Positions 23,113 to 38,986 of a DNA stretch of 64,000 nucleotides are shown one piece after another. The stretch is from contig OX597826.1 in assembly GCA_951406725.2 (NCBI GenBank), positions 25,296,001 to 25,360,000 of the forward strand, given 5' to 3'. The notes under the pieces are model-generated. The model did no database searches. It was given only the letters and a program-made list of their open reading frames with translations, and was not told the DNA's origin. Origin of the DNA: Octopus vulgaris. Its lineage: Eukaryota. The translations under genes were made by a program, and so were the position numbers. How positions within the stretch are numbered: the first letter of the stretch is position 1; every line of letters starts with the position of its first letter.

Positions 23113-23732
23113 ATCTCTCTCTCTTTCTTTATCTCTCTCTCTTCTAGCTCATCAACACAGAAAAAATATTTGCGTGTATAAGAATTGGAAGAAATGTGTG
23201 TGCGTGTATACACACATAGGTGCAGGCATGGTTGTGTGGTAAAAAGTTTGCTTCCTAACCACATAACTCTGTGTTCATTTCCACTGCAAGTGTTTCTACT
23301 ATAACCCCAGGCTTGGAAGATGGAAACTAAAAGAAGCTCATATGTGTGTGTGTGTGTTGCTATCGTCTTATCTTGACTACATGTGACTTCATGCAAGCAG
23401 TCTCCTTCATTTCCAATCTTCCATGAAGACATGTCTGGTCATAGGAAAAATATTACCTTAGTTGGTTGGCAACGGGAAGGGCATCTGGCTAGCCACAGCA
23501 AAGCCGCCTCAACAAATCCTGTGCGATCCATGCAAACATGGAAATGAAAACATTAAGACAATGATAATATCTATATAATTCCTACAACAGTGTTTTTTTT
23601 TATATGTGCTATAAAGGCAGAAGTAAATCTGCCTTCAACTCAGTCATGCACCTGTGTTTTGCTTATTTTTGTGTGTTTTACTACATAGAGGTCACCAACT
23701 GCTTACCTTGATTAAATACTGACGGCACATGC

Positions 23733-23776
<44 letters not shown>

Positions 23777-23794
23777 CACACACACACATATATG

Positions 23795-24172
23795 TGGCTG
23801 TGTGGTAAGTAGCTTACTTACCAACCACATGGTTCCAGGTTCAGTTCCACTGTGTGACACCTTGGGTAAATGTCTTCTACTATAGCCTCAAGCTGACCAA
23901 AGCCTTGTGAGTGAATTTGGTAGATGGAAACTGAAAGAAGACTGTAGTGTGTGTGTGTGTGTATATATATATGCATGCATGTGTGTCTGTTTGTTCCCCC
24001 CCTCACCATCACTTGACAACTGATGCTGGTGTGTTTACGTCCCTGTAACTTAGTGGTTCGGCAAAAGAGACCGATAGAATAAGTAGTAGGCTTATAAAGA
24101 ATAAATCCTGGGGTCGATTTGCTCGACTAAAGGCAGTGCTCCAACATGGCCACAGACTGAAATGAATAAAAG
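23795..24172 (+). mobile_element. SINE family A, full length
   Basis: Collinear with 8304-8680. Confidence 0.88.
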
Positions 24173-24638
24173 AATATATATATGTGGAGGCACATGGCCC
24201 AGTGGTTACGGTGTTGTACTTATGATTGTGAGTTCAATTCCTGGACCTTCAGATGCATTGTGTTCTTGAACCAATATACTTCATTTCATGTTGTTCCAGT
24301 TTACTCAGCTGCATCAGCCCCTTTGCCTTTCCTTTGGATAACATTGATAGCATGGAGGTGGGAAGCTGGTATGCATGAACGACTGCTGGTCTTCCATAAA
24401 CAACCTTGCCTGGACTTGTGCCTTGGAGGGTAACTTTCTAGGTGCAATCCTATGGTCAGTCATGACTGAAGAGTGTCTTTATACTATATGTGTGTGTGGT
24501 GGTGGTGGGGGGTAATTTATGACATCAAACGAATGTCAGTTTATTATGATTATCCCAGTCATAGAATAGCTATGCCACATTTCTCAGAAATTTGGCATAA
24601 AACAATGGACAAAGATGACCATCGCCACCACCACCACC

Positions 24639-24672
<34 letters not shown>

Positions 24673-25739
24673 CCAATCCTTCTTCCTGCTCCTTATTACC
24701 ATAACATGAATGAGGATGTATTGAGAGAAACAAACAAGCTTTCAGTTGGTTTAATTGTAACACACACACACACACACCAAATCAGAGCAGCTTGTTCAAA
24801 TTCCGTATCACGTAAGCAACCACCACCACCACCACTATCAAAACCATTAACATATCATTTTCGATTCATCCTGTGTTATGTGTGGTGTGTTACTCTGGAT
24901 GTTTAGTTTTTCAATTCTTTACATCAACAACATCAACTGATTAGATACATGTCTGAGATGTGAATAAGATTATTATTTTTCCGAGCTATTAACCTCCTCT
25001 TTGGAGATAAAAGTTCATTTACTTATTTATACCTTTTTAAAAAATTTTTTTCTTTATTTTTTGATAATAGTAACATCTTCACTCAAGGCTTTAATGGGAT
25101 TTACATCTGATTATTACCAGGTATTATATTTCTCAATACCATTCTAGGTGTGATGGTGGTGAGGCCCAGGTCAAAAGACTCATGAATAACCCTTTTGATA
25201 CCAATCCACTTGAGACCACCTCTACCTAGTTCTATGATACAATCTTCCTATTTTATAGTGATCTAAATAAAAACACTCCATCAATATTTCAGAGTAATTT
25301 ATGTTCCAAATATCATCATCATTTAACGTCTGCTTTCCATGCTGGTATGGGTTGGATGGAACTCGCCAGCTGTAAAGCTGTCTGAAGTTCCTGTCTGTTT
25401 TGGCCTGCTTTCTATGGCTGGATACCCTTCTTAATGCCAACCATTTTGCTGAGTGTATTAGGTGCTCTTACATAGTACCAGTATGGGTGCTTTGATGTGG
25501 CACCAGCACCCACGAACCCATAAGATTAGGATTGCTCAGCTGACGAGGGATCACACCTGTATGCAAGGACAACCATGATTTCACTTAGCGTGACATGTCT
25601 TCTCAAGCACAGCAAATCATCAGAAGTCTCAGCCCCTTGTCATCTCCTCTGTGGGGCCTAACATCTGAAGATCCTTTCTCACCATGTTGTCCCATGACTT
25701 CCTGGGTCCGCCTCTTCCACATGTTCCCTAACATAATAA

Positions 25740-25954
25740 TCCTTTCTACTATAAGCACAAGGCCAGAAACATTAGGGAAAGGGTCTAGTCAATTACATCA
25801 ACCCCAGTACTCAATGGGTATTTATTTTAATGTCCCTGAAGACATGAAAGGCAAAGTCGACCATGGCAGAATTTGAACTCAGAATGTAAAGATGTATAAA
25901 ATGCTGCTGAGCATTTTTGCCTGATGTGCTAAAAATTCTGCCAGCTCACCACCT
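25740..25954 (-). mobile_element. SINE family C
   Basis: GAAAGGCAAAGTCGACC...AATTTGAACTCAGAA...CTGCCAGCTCACCACCT is the reverse complement of family C. Confidence 0.8.
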
Positions 25955-25970
25955 TAATAATAATAATAAT

Positions 25971-26395
25971 AAAGGCCAACAGGCCAGATATAGTTGTCAG
26001 AGATCATGAAGACAAAAAATGCTTTCTAAATGATGTGTCAATACCAACAGATGACAACGTTTCTCTAAAAGAAATGGAGAAACTTTCAAAATACAAAGAC
26101 CTGGAAATAGAGGTAACTCGAAAGTGGAGTCTAAAAACAGAGACAATTCCTATCACAGTGGGCGCATTAGGTATGATAAAAAAATATTCAGACAAATATA
26201 TAACAAAAACACCAAGACTAACAAAAATATATAACATACAGAAAATAGCACTACCAGGCACCGCACACATCCTATGTAAAACACTTTCAATACAGTATCA
26301 ATAATAGCATCACAACAAACCACATCACATATCCAAGGCAGACAGGGCTGTGCTCGGTAGTACAGTGAAAGCACGTTATAAAAACAAGACTACTG
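25971..26395 (+). mobile_element. 5'-truncated copy of the Dong-like LINE (REL domain end plus 3' UTR) in (TAA)n
   Basis: Homologous to 13924-14332 (ANRPDIVVRD...DVSIP...EKLSKYKDLEIE). (TAA)n lies at 25955-25972 and 26396-26500. Confidence 0.9.
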
Positions 26396-26419
26396 AATAA
26401 TAATAATAATAATTATTAT

Positions 26420-26502
<83 letters not shown>

Positions 26503-27352
26503 TGATGCTAATAATAGCTTAATAATGACAAAATTATTTTATTAAAGTCATTTTAATTTTTATACCAATTGAATCAAAGGCAGGGTATTTCAACATAAAA
26601 TGGTTTACTAAAAGGTTAAAGATGTTCCAGCCATGACCATCTCATATTTTATTGAGGCATAATCAGTCCAGAACAACACAACACATGTTTGTGTGTGTGT
26701 GTCTGTGTTTGTTCCTTATCATCGCTTGACAACCAGTGTTGGTATGTTTACATCCATGTAACTTAGTTGTTCAGCAAAAAAAAAAAAAAAAATTAAGAAA
26801 AGAAATACTGGGATCGAGTCACTTGACTAAAAATTATTTAAGGCGGTGCCCCTGCTTGGCTGCAATCTAGAAACAAGTAAGATAAAAGATACACATCCGT
26901 CCATACATATATAAATATATAATACGCACACACAAACACACACACATAATGCTCCTTGAGGAGAAAAGGAGGTGGGCAAAGAATTGCATTAAAATTTGCC
27001 AAAAATTTTATCTATTAATTCTTCATTTAAAATGGGAATTTTTTTTTTTGTAGATCCTTCTCAACAGGTGCTTCAACCTGGAGATAAAATTATTGAAATA
27101 CTGCCAATATTAAAAAAATTTAATCATATCTGAAAAAGAAAAAAGAATGTTTTGACTGGAGAAGAGGTAGGGAAGCATTCATTGAGTTTACCCATGCGTT
27201 CACTATTCCCCAAAACTCTGGGATCATATCTTGAACCCCCTCAAACATGCACACACAGCAGTCAAATAGCTCTATAGAGAAAGAACGAAAAAAGAAAGAA
27301 AGATAGATAGATACATAAAGAGACAGATAGATAAATAGATATATAAAGAGAC

Positions 27353-30519
<3,167 letters not shown>

Positions 30520-31223
30520 ATAGACAGCCTCACTAGATAGATAAATAGACAACTGACAGACAGATAAATAGATAGACATATAGATCAGTATGTTTAGTGA
30601 TGCAAACAACAGAACTCAAAATATGAGTATATATGCATATGTACAAACAAATATTCAACTCAAAATTTTTCAAGGCAGTGCCCCAGCATGACCAGTCTAA
30701 TGACTGGAATAAGTAAAAGATAAAAAGATAAACAGTAAGAAAAAGGAGGGGAGAGGAAGGAGGAGGAAGGGAGTTGGTCATGACTGTGATCATGCAGTCA
30801 AATGACTAAAACAATGTGTGTGTATATGTTTGTCCCCTCAACATCGCTTGACAACTGATGCTGGTGTGTTTATGCCCCCGTAACTTAGTGGTTCGGCAAA
30901 AGAGACCAATAGAATAAATACTAGGCTTACAAAGAATATGTCCTGGGGTTGATTTGCTCAACTAAAGGCGCTGCTCTAGCATGGCCACAGTCAAATGACT
31001 GAAACAAGTAAAAGAGTAAGAAATCATTATTTTAACATAGCGCACACTTTTCCCTCAACCTATTATATGGGCTGTGTATTTGTTTCTCTTATTTGTTTTT
31101 CAACTGTGATTTTATCATCGATCTTCCATGTAAACGAAGGTATTCATCCGTCTAGCTGCTTTTCTTTCTACCAAAAGAGATGTTACATTGTGGAACTGTT
31201 ATTTTCATGAGTTGTGGCTATAT

Positions 31224-31329
31224 ATCACCTGACGAGATACACGTGCATCGCCGGATGCTCCTGAACCAGTTGTCGAGTGTCCCACCCATGAGGGATTTAT
31301 ACTAGATATGTCGAAACAATTGTCGTGAT
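31224..31329 (+). ncRNA. Type I hammerhead ribozyme with intact core and long stem II insertion
   Basis: Stem I ATCAC/GTGAT; core CTGACGA (31229-31235); stem II GATA...TGTC; GAAA (31313-31316); palindromic stem III ACAATTGT; GUC cleavage triplet ending at 31324; AATAAA at 31331. Confidence 0.75.
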
Positions 31330-31364
31330 CAATAAATTCTCGTATATTCTATCTTCCATTTGCC

Positions 31365-31406
<42 letters not shown>

Positions 31407-31539
31407 TACATCCACCAATGCAGTGTTGAGCACTCATTTCCATCGTTCGTCATTTAGATATATAAACATATATGTGCATGTGTGTGTATGTATGTGTATA
31501 CATATATATATAAATATATATAAATATATATATATACAC

Positions 31540-31586
<47 letters not shown>

Positions 31587-31680
31587 CTACATGTGTGTGT
31601 ATATATCTATATATATGTATATGTATGTATACTATATGTGTGTGTATATATGTATATATGTGTGTGTGTGTGTGTGTATT

Positions 31681-31715
<35 letters not shown>

Positions 31716-32232
31716 GTGTTTGTGAATGTATATCTGAAGGAACTTCAAAGAAGAGACACAGGTAGACAGACAGAAAGCCAACATATGAACCAAGTAAGTA
31801 GTTGTATGTTTCGAAATTGAAGTAGTTGTATGTTTTGGTAAGTCGATGAAGATGTTATAGAGCCGATCAACCGATCAACATAAGAAGGAAGATCAATACA
31901 GCTTTATTAACTATAAAAAATAATAAATCACTACTAACATCTATAAACATGTCATCAATGAAGATTGGTCAAACTATTAAATTTATCTTCTCTGCAGCGA
32001 GGTGTAGGGGGTGGAATGAAAAACGGAGGTGGTGATCTTTATATTTATGCAATGTATCAATAGAAATAATGTTTTTTTTGTTTTTGTTTTTTATTTCAAT
32101 ACTCTTTAGAGTGAGGTGTCTTGTTTATAGGTACATAACTGTTTGTTGTTGCTGTTGTTGCTTAGCCCCAGGTCAGACCAGACTTACGATCAGGTGTTTT
32201 CCAACCATAATAAAGCAGTTTTACCCTCTATT

Positions 32233-32469
32233 CTGTTCTTTTACTTGTTTCAGTCATGCTGGAGCACTGCCTCTAGTCGAGCAAATCAACCTCCAGGACT
32301 TATTCTTTGTACTTATTCTATTGGTCTCTTTTGCTGAACCACTAAGTTACGGGTACATAAACACACCAGCATCGGTTGTCAAGCGATGTTGGAGGGACAA
32401 ACCCACACATACACACATACATATATATATATAATATATATATATATATATAAATATATATATATGTGT

Positions 32470-32519
<50 letters not shown>

Positions 32520-32717
32520 GTGCGTATATATATATGTATATATATGTGTATATATACATATATATACACACATATGATGGGCTTCTTTGAGTTTCTGTCT
32601 ATCAAATCTACTTACAAGGCTTTGGTTAGCCTAAGGCTATAGTAGAAGACACTAGCCCAAGGTGCCACACAGCAGGACTGAACCCGGAACCATGTGGTTG
32701 GTAAGCAAGCTTCTTAC
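32233..32717 (-). mobile_element. SINE family A with expanded internal microsatellite
   Basis: Both halves are present around a (TA/CA)n block. Confidence 0.85.
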
Positions 32718-33142
32718 CACACAGCCATTCCTGCACCTTTTTTTTTTTGTTTTGTTTTATAAGTTTGCTTCTCAACTGCTTGGTTTAAGGTTCAGTCCCA
32801 CTGCATAGCACCTTGGGTAACTGTCCTCTACTCATCTGTTTCCAAGTGCGGTAAAATTTCTGCAAGGCTAAAGTTAGCCAGGTTTTCATTGAAGACTGAG
32901 TGAAGGACATTGCTTGCACTATGGTGATGCTTGTTTGTAACTGTTGCTGATACAAACACACACACATAAATATACATATATACAATTTAATATATATCTC
33001 TTTCTTTTTTTTTTCATCTGTGATTTTATCATCGATTTTCTATGTAAACGAAGATATTTACCCGTCTGGCTGCTTTTCTTTCTACCAAAAGAGAGGTTAC
33101 ATTGTGGAACTGTTATTTTCATACGACACCGCTACGGAAAAT

Positions 33143-33569
33143 GGGATTTTTTTCTAGCGGTGTCAAATGAAATTGTCACCCATAATTATAACCCTAGTAT
33201 CTATCTATTGCATTTCAATCTATTTTAGGGTTAGGTTTAGAGTTATGGTTAGGGTTAGGGGTGGGAGAAGGGTATCTTTTTTTCTTCGCAAATGTAAATA
33301 AACCCAATCTGTTTCTTAAACGAGGGACATATTCATACAGCACGGAATGTTTTCACCCCAAATGGAGGTCAGCAATTGGTTAAAATTGCCGAAATGCTCA
33401 AAATTAAAGTCGAAATATGTTACAACATATAGAATTTTCTCAATAAAGCCAAGAAAAAATGATGTTTTATAAACACATTCTACCAATATACAAAGTTTAA
33501 AAGTGTTTAGTTAACTACTGCCGCTCAAAAGGAAAAGATCCAAAACTGCTGTTCAAACCGAAAAGATCC
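33143..33569. mobile_element. Second telomere-repeat-containing MULE-like MITE, with a different left end and a duplicated right end
   Basis: The internal sequence is nearly the same as 14815-15085. The right end CTGCYGYTCAAA..GAAAAGATCC occurs twice; the left end is GGATTTTTTTCTAGCGGTGTC. Confidence 0.75.
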
Positions 33570-35361
33570 TATAAATTTAATGACTTCACAGTTACAAATA
33601 TCAGTAGAACAGGGTTTTGGAATGATTTGGCTGTTATTTCTAGCAGTAGAGTGTGGTGTGGGAGGAGATTTGGCTGTTGTTTCTACCAAGTTCAGCAACA
33701 GTGAGCAGTTCCCATGTTAGCCCATAGAGACAAAAAATTCCTAAGGAGATGGTCATGGTTAGATCCTTGACAGAAGTATTAGTCTGTGTTTTCTCATGAC
33801 ACACATAGGTGTCATTGCTTTCTTTGCTTGTATTTCATTTAATGAGAGAGAGAGAGAGAGAAGAATAATGCACGAGAGAGGGGGAGAGAGTGGCTATGTG
33901 TGTGTGAGAAAGCATGTATGTGAGAGAAGAGAAACAGCATATGAGAGAGAGAGAGAGAGAAGGGAGAGAAAGAGACAGTAAGAGAAGGTGACAGACAGAC
34001 AGCAAAAGAGAGAGATCCAGTGAAAGAGAGGGACAGCATGTATGTAAAAGGGAGATTGAAAAGTACAAACAGAGAGAGATACACAACTTAGACTGGGTGA
34101 GAGATAAAGACAGAGTGCAAGAGAGTGAGATGTAGTGACTAATGCCAAGTGACTAATGCCAAGAGTCAACCACAAAGTTGAAAGGTCAGCTAGCCAACAC
34201 TTGTCTCACTTTGGCCTTGACCTTCATAATTACAAACCAGCCACAAGTCTGACCACATCACCAAATTCTAAGGTCAACTGCTGGTTCTTTTAACACACAC
34301 ACACACACACACACGCACATACACCTATGGCTGTGTGGTTAAGCTCAATTTGCAAAAGTATAGTTACAAGTTCAGTCCTACTGCACAGCACTTTGGGGCA
34401 AGTCCCTTTTCCTTTGCCCCCCACTCAGACCAACTCAATGCCTTTTGAGTGAATGCAGCAGATGAAAACTATGAGGAAGCCTGCCGCATCCGTGTGTGTG
34501 TGTGTCTTTGTGTCAGTGTTTGTGCTTCCCACCACTTCAACACATGACAACCGGTGTTGGTTTGTTTATGTCCCTGTAAATTAGTGGCCTGGAAAAAGTG
34601 ACTGATAGAATAAGTATGTATTTGAGTGAAGTCTGTTAGTACATATGTGTGTGTGTGTTCATGCATGTGAATGTGTGTATGTATGTATGCATGTGAATGT
34701 ATGTGTGTATGTGTATGTATGTACCTGTGTGTGTGTGTTTGTATGTATGTGTGTACAAGGAGTTGAGGCCTATGTGTATGTGTGTGTGTGTTTCTATATA
34801 TATGTGCACAAGGAAGTGAGACCTGCCTGTGAGTATAAGGAGGTGTGACCTGTGTATGTGTGTGTATGTGTTTGTGTGTTAGCTATGTGTTACAGAGTGG
34901 AAAGGAAAACACTAAATTAAGGATGAGTTAATTTGTATAAGTAGAATGATGATGATGGTGCTGAAGGGGAGAAGGAAAAGGAGGGAGTAAGATAGCAGCA
35001 ACAAAATGTGAGGTAGGAATCTTCCTGTTTGTCTGTCTGTTAGTCTGACCATTCAGGATGTTTGCAAATCAAAACAAAGGTGGAGTGGTGGTGATGGTAG
35101 TTATGGCGGTGGTGGTAGTGTTAGTGGTAATGATGATGGTGTTTGTGGTAGTGGTGGTGGTGGGTTTGTCCTGGTAAATTTGAGCTGGTCAGAAAGAAAA
35201 AAACAAAAAAAACAACAGAACTGGAATTCAAAATGTTGTTAACAACAGTGGGTTCCATAAACAGCAAATGGAAAGACTTGTGAGTGTATTTCACCCTTTA
35301 GCACTCAAATATACTGCTTATTTATTCAAATTGCTTTGAATTAATCACACATTATATCGTA

Positions 35362-35703
35362 TTCTTTTACTTGTTTCAGTCATTTGACTGCGGCCATGCT
35401 GGAGCACCACACTTTAGCCGAGCAAATCGACCCCAGGACTTATTCTTTCTAAGCCTACTACTTATTCTATCAGTCTCTTTGGCCGAACCACTAAGTTACG
35501 GGGATGTAAACACACCAGCATGATGTGGGACACACACACACGACGGGCTTCTTTCAGTTTCCGTCTACCAAATCCACTCACAAGGCTTTGGTCGGCCCGA
35601 GGCTATAGTAGAAGACACTTGCCCAAGGTGTCACACAGTGGGAATGAACCCGGAACCATGTGGTTGGTAAGCAGGCCACTTACCACACAGCCACTCCTGT
35701 GCC
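35362..35703 (-). mobile_element. SINE family A nested in a piggyBac-like MITE (~35291-35840)
   Basis: A family A body sits between CCCTTTAGCA and TGCTAAAAGGTTAA ends. Confidence 0.8.
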
Positions 35704-36077
35704 TAGGTATCTTCAAGATTTTAATGGTGTGTTTGTATATTTATAGAATGATATTTTAGGGTAGGTGTGAGGGGTTGCATCTGGTCAGTTTTAACACAAA
35801 ACAAGAAGAATATTTGGGCCTGATAAATGCTAAAAGGTTAATAGGAGTGTGAAGAGAAACAATGGAAGGTTGGAAAGATCACAAATGGAAAAAGAGTGGG
35901 TGGTAGCGGGGGAATGAAGGTAGAATGGTGAATCTTTTGAATTTGTGAGATTAAGCTATAGGGTTGGGTATGTTCTGATGTCCCTAATTTTGGAAACTGT
36001 GTTGTGGCACACAAGTTTAGAATCAACATTACTATATACACACACATGTACTCAAGTTAATGGTGTATATATATATA

Positions 36078-36994
36078 ACAGGGACGTGCCCCTAGGTCAG
36101 CAGTGCTTACCTTGAATAAAATAGATTGATAGCAACATTTTCCTTTAATGTAAAATATGCACCTAATTCAATAAAATTATGAAGGTTACTCTGATTACTA
36201 TGCATAAAATACAAAATATTTTGGGCTTTTTTTTTATAGATTAGGTAGGCATAATTTGCCCCTGCCTTTCAATCTCAGTATTAAAGCCACACATAGTACC
36301 GCTGTGGTACACGTGCTGCGCACATTCCTACAACAACGTTTTCTTTTTATGTGTTACTAGCAGTATCGCCCGGCGTTGCTCGGGTTTGTAAGGGAAATAA
36401 CTATATAAGCATTTTTAGAGAGTTACTTCCTTTATAGATGCCAATTCGGGCTTTCTTAGCCATTTCTGTTTTGGTGTCTTCAAGCCATGAAGTCGTTGTT
36501 CTAAAAGAACGCTGGTCTCCTTGACAACGCATTACGACGTTGATTTCTTTACACTCCCTTCCCCACAGCTTCACGAAGGAGGGAAGAAGGGGGAGAAGCA
36601 AACAGGTGCAGGTGTGACCATGGACGCCAACTCCGCCACCATCGACACACGAAAAATTATGCATTAAAATGGAATAAAAAATGATGTTAAATTATTTTTA
36701 AAATCGTAGACTCATCGTAGACGCGCGCTAATAGCCAGACGGGCTCGAAATTAATCACGACTATAAGATATCCGAATTTGGTTAAACTGCACCGCAAAAT
36801 GTGGGAGGAGTTAGGAATCTAAATCGAAGGGGACAGACACTCACACAACTACAGTTTTATATATATAGATAAAGGCAGAAGTAAATCTGCCTCCAACTCA
36901 GTTGCATGCCTATGTTTTACTTATATTTTTGTGTGTTTTACTGCATAGAGGTCACCAACTGCCTACCCTGGCTAATTACTGATGGCATGTGCCT

Positions 36995-36996
<2 letters not shown>
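36078..36996. mobile_element. DNA-transposon MITE (CAGG termini, hAT-like) interrupted by a Helitron
   Basis: Imperfect TIRs CAGGGACGTGCC / GGCATGTGCCTG. An uninterrupted right-end paralogue lies at ~23578-23735. Confidence 0.6.
36357..36869 (-). mobile_element. Non-autonomous Helitron, 513 bp, intact ends
   Basis: The minus strand reads A|TCTATATATATAAAA ... hairpin CCCGAGCAACGCCGGG ... CTAG|T. There is no TSD. It retains many CpGs, which suggests it is young. Confidence 0.9.
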
Positions 36997-37028
<32 letters not shown>

Positions 37029-37557
37029 CATCTTTCTCTCATATGTATGTTTGTGTGTGAATGAGTGTGGATAGACACACACACACACACACAATGACAA
37101 GCTTCCACTAGTTTTCATTCCAAAGACATTGGTCAGCTTGAGGCTATACCTATAGTGAGAGAAGGTACGCAGCTTAGTGGTTAGGGTGTTCAACTCATAA
37201 TAATAAGATCAGGAGTTTAATTCCTGGAGTCACAATGTGTCCTTGAGCAAGACACTTTATTTCTCATTGCTTCAGTCCACTCAACTGGCAAAAATGAGAA
37301 GTACTTGTAAATTTAAAATGGCCACAGTCCAACGACTGAAACAAGTAAAAGATAAAAGATATATATTTATATCATATCATGTATGTGTGTGTGTGTGTGT
37401 GTGTGTATTATATCATGTATGTGTATTGGTGTTAGGAAGGGCATCCAGCCATAGAAACCAAAGCATATCAGACTGGAACTTGATGCAGCTCTCCTGACCA
37501 ACCCATACCAGCACGGAAAATGGACATTGAATGATGATGATGATTATGATGATTGTT

Positions 37558-37792
37558 ATTTTATTTCTTTACTGCCCAGAAAGGGCTACACACAGAGGGG
37601 GCAAACAAGGACAGACAAACGGATTAAGTCGACTATATCGACCCCAGTGCGAAACTGGTACTTATTTAATCGACCCCGATAGGATGAAAGGCAAAGTCGA
37701 CCTTGGCGGAATTTGAACTCAGAACGTAACAGCAGACAAAATGCTGCTAAGCATTTCGCCCAGCGCGCTAACGTTTCTGCCAGCTCGCTGCC
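37558..37792 (-). mobile_element. SINE family C with 14-bp TSD
   Basis: TTATGATGATTGTT occurs at 37544-37557 and 37793-37806. Confidence 0.85.
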
Positions 37793-38574
37793 TTATGATG
37801 ATTGTTGTGAGTGTGTAGTATATTGTATGTGGAGGATAAACAAGATTACATAATTACCTAAGTAACAGGTTGGCTCAATCGGATTGTGTTTATATAATCC
37901 TGTTAACAGGCATATCAATATACAATGCACAATTCATACACACAGAGAACAATTAGCAATGTAAATCAACTACATGTAGATTTTTCACCTGGGATGTACT
38001 TTTTACGCTTTGCTTATTTGCTTTTTTTCTTTTTTCTTCACTATTTCTTTTCCTTCCCTCTTTCCATGGGACATACTATTCTCTATAAGAAGGCTGATGT
38101 CTGGATTTTACAACGATTAAGTTTCTCTCTGTCTGAGGTAGCCATGTTTCTCCTCTAACGTAAGACACCTTCTTTTGTCCCTCACTACTCTAACCTCACC
38201 TCAGTTGAGCGGGGTCTTGCCTTGCAAGCTATTTGGTGACCTCACTGTGGCTGGTGCCATGCAAAAGAAAAGCATGGAGTACACTCTGTAAAGTGGCTGG
38301 CATTAGAAAGGGCATTCAGCCATAGAAAGCATGTCAAAACATACAACTGGAACCTGGGCAAGATCTCTGGTTGGTCAGCTCCTGTCAAACCATCCAACCC
38401 ATGCCAGCAGGGAAAATGCACATTAAATGATCAGGAGATGATGATGATGTTGATGGCGTGTGTGTCTTTGTGTCAGTCTCCCACCACTGCTTTACAACTG
38501 GTAGTGGTGTGTTTACGTCCTCATAACTTAGTGGTTTCACAAAAGAGCCTTATATAAGAGCTTAATAAGTTCTG

Positions 38575-38766
38575 GGCGGTGAGCTGGCAGAAACATTAGC
38601 AGGCTGGGTGAAATGTTTACCGGTATTTCGTCTGTGTTAAAATTCCGAGGTCGACTTTGCCTTTCATCCTGTCAGGGTCGATAAATTAAGTACCAGTTAC
38701 ACACTGGGGTTGATCTCATCGACTGCCCCCCCCCATTCCAAGCCTTGTGCCTAGATTAAAAAAGAA
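38575..38766 (+). mobile_element. SINE family C inserted into a family A SINE, 12-13-bp TSD
   Basis: TAATAAGTTCTG(G) occurs at 38563 and 38767. Head GGCGGTGAGCTGGCAGAA; the central GTCGACTTTGCCTTTCATCC..GGGTCGATAAATTAAGTACCAG resembles a conserved SINE central (Meta-like) domain. Confidence 0.88.
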
Positions 38767-38986
38767 TAATAAGTTCTGGAGTTGATTCATTTGACTAAAA
38801 ATTCTTCCAGGCAGTGCTCCAGCATGGCCACAGTCTAATGACTGAAACCAGAAACAGATAGAAGATATATATGTGTGTGTGTGCATGTGTGTGTGAGTGT
38901 GTCATAAAGGCTCAATCACCACCATTTTGCCAATAAGCTTTAAAAAAATATACACTGCAGACTCTCTAATGCTGTTCTGGGGAGCT

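Noticed and set aside
32827-32946. Minus-strand exon candidate (TVTNKHHHSASNVLHSVF...)
   Set aside because: The acceptor is formed by a (TG)n tract, the segment abuts a truncated SINE, and no homology was recognised.
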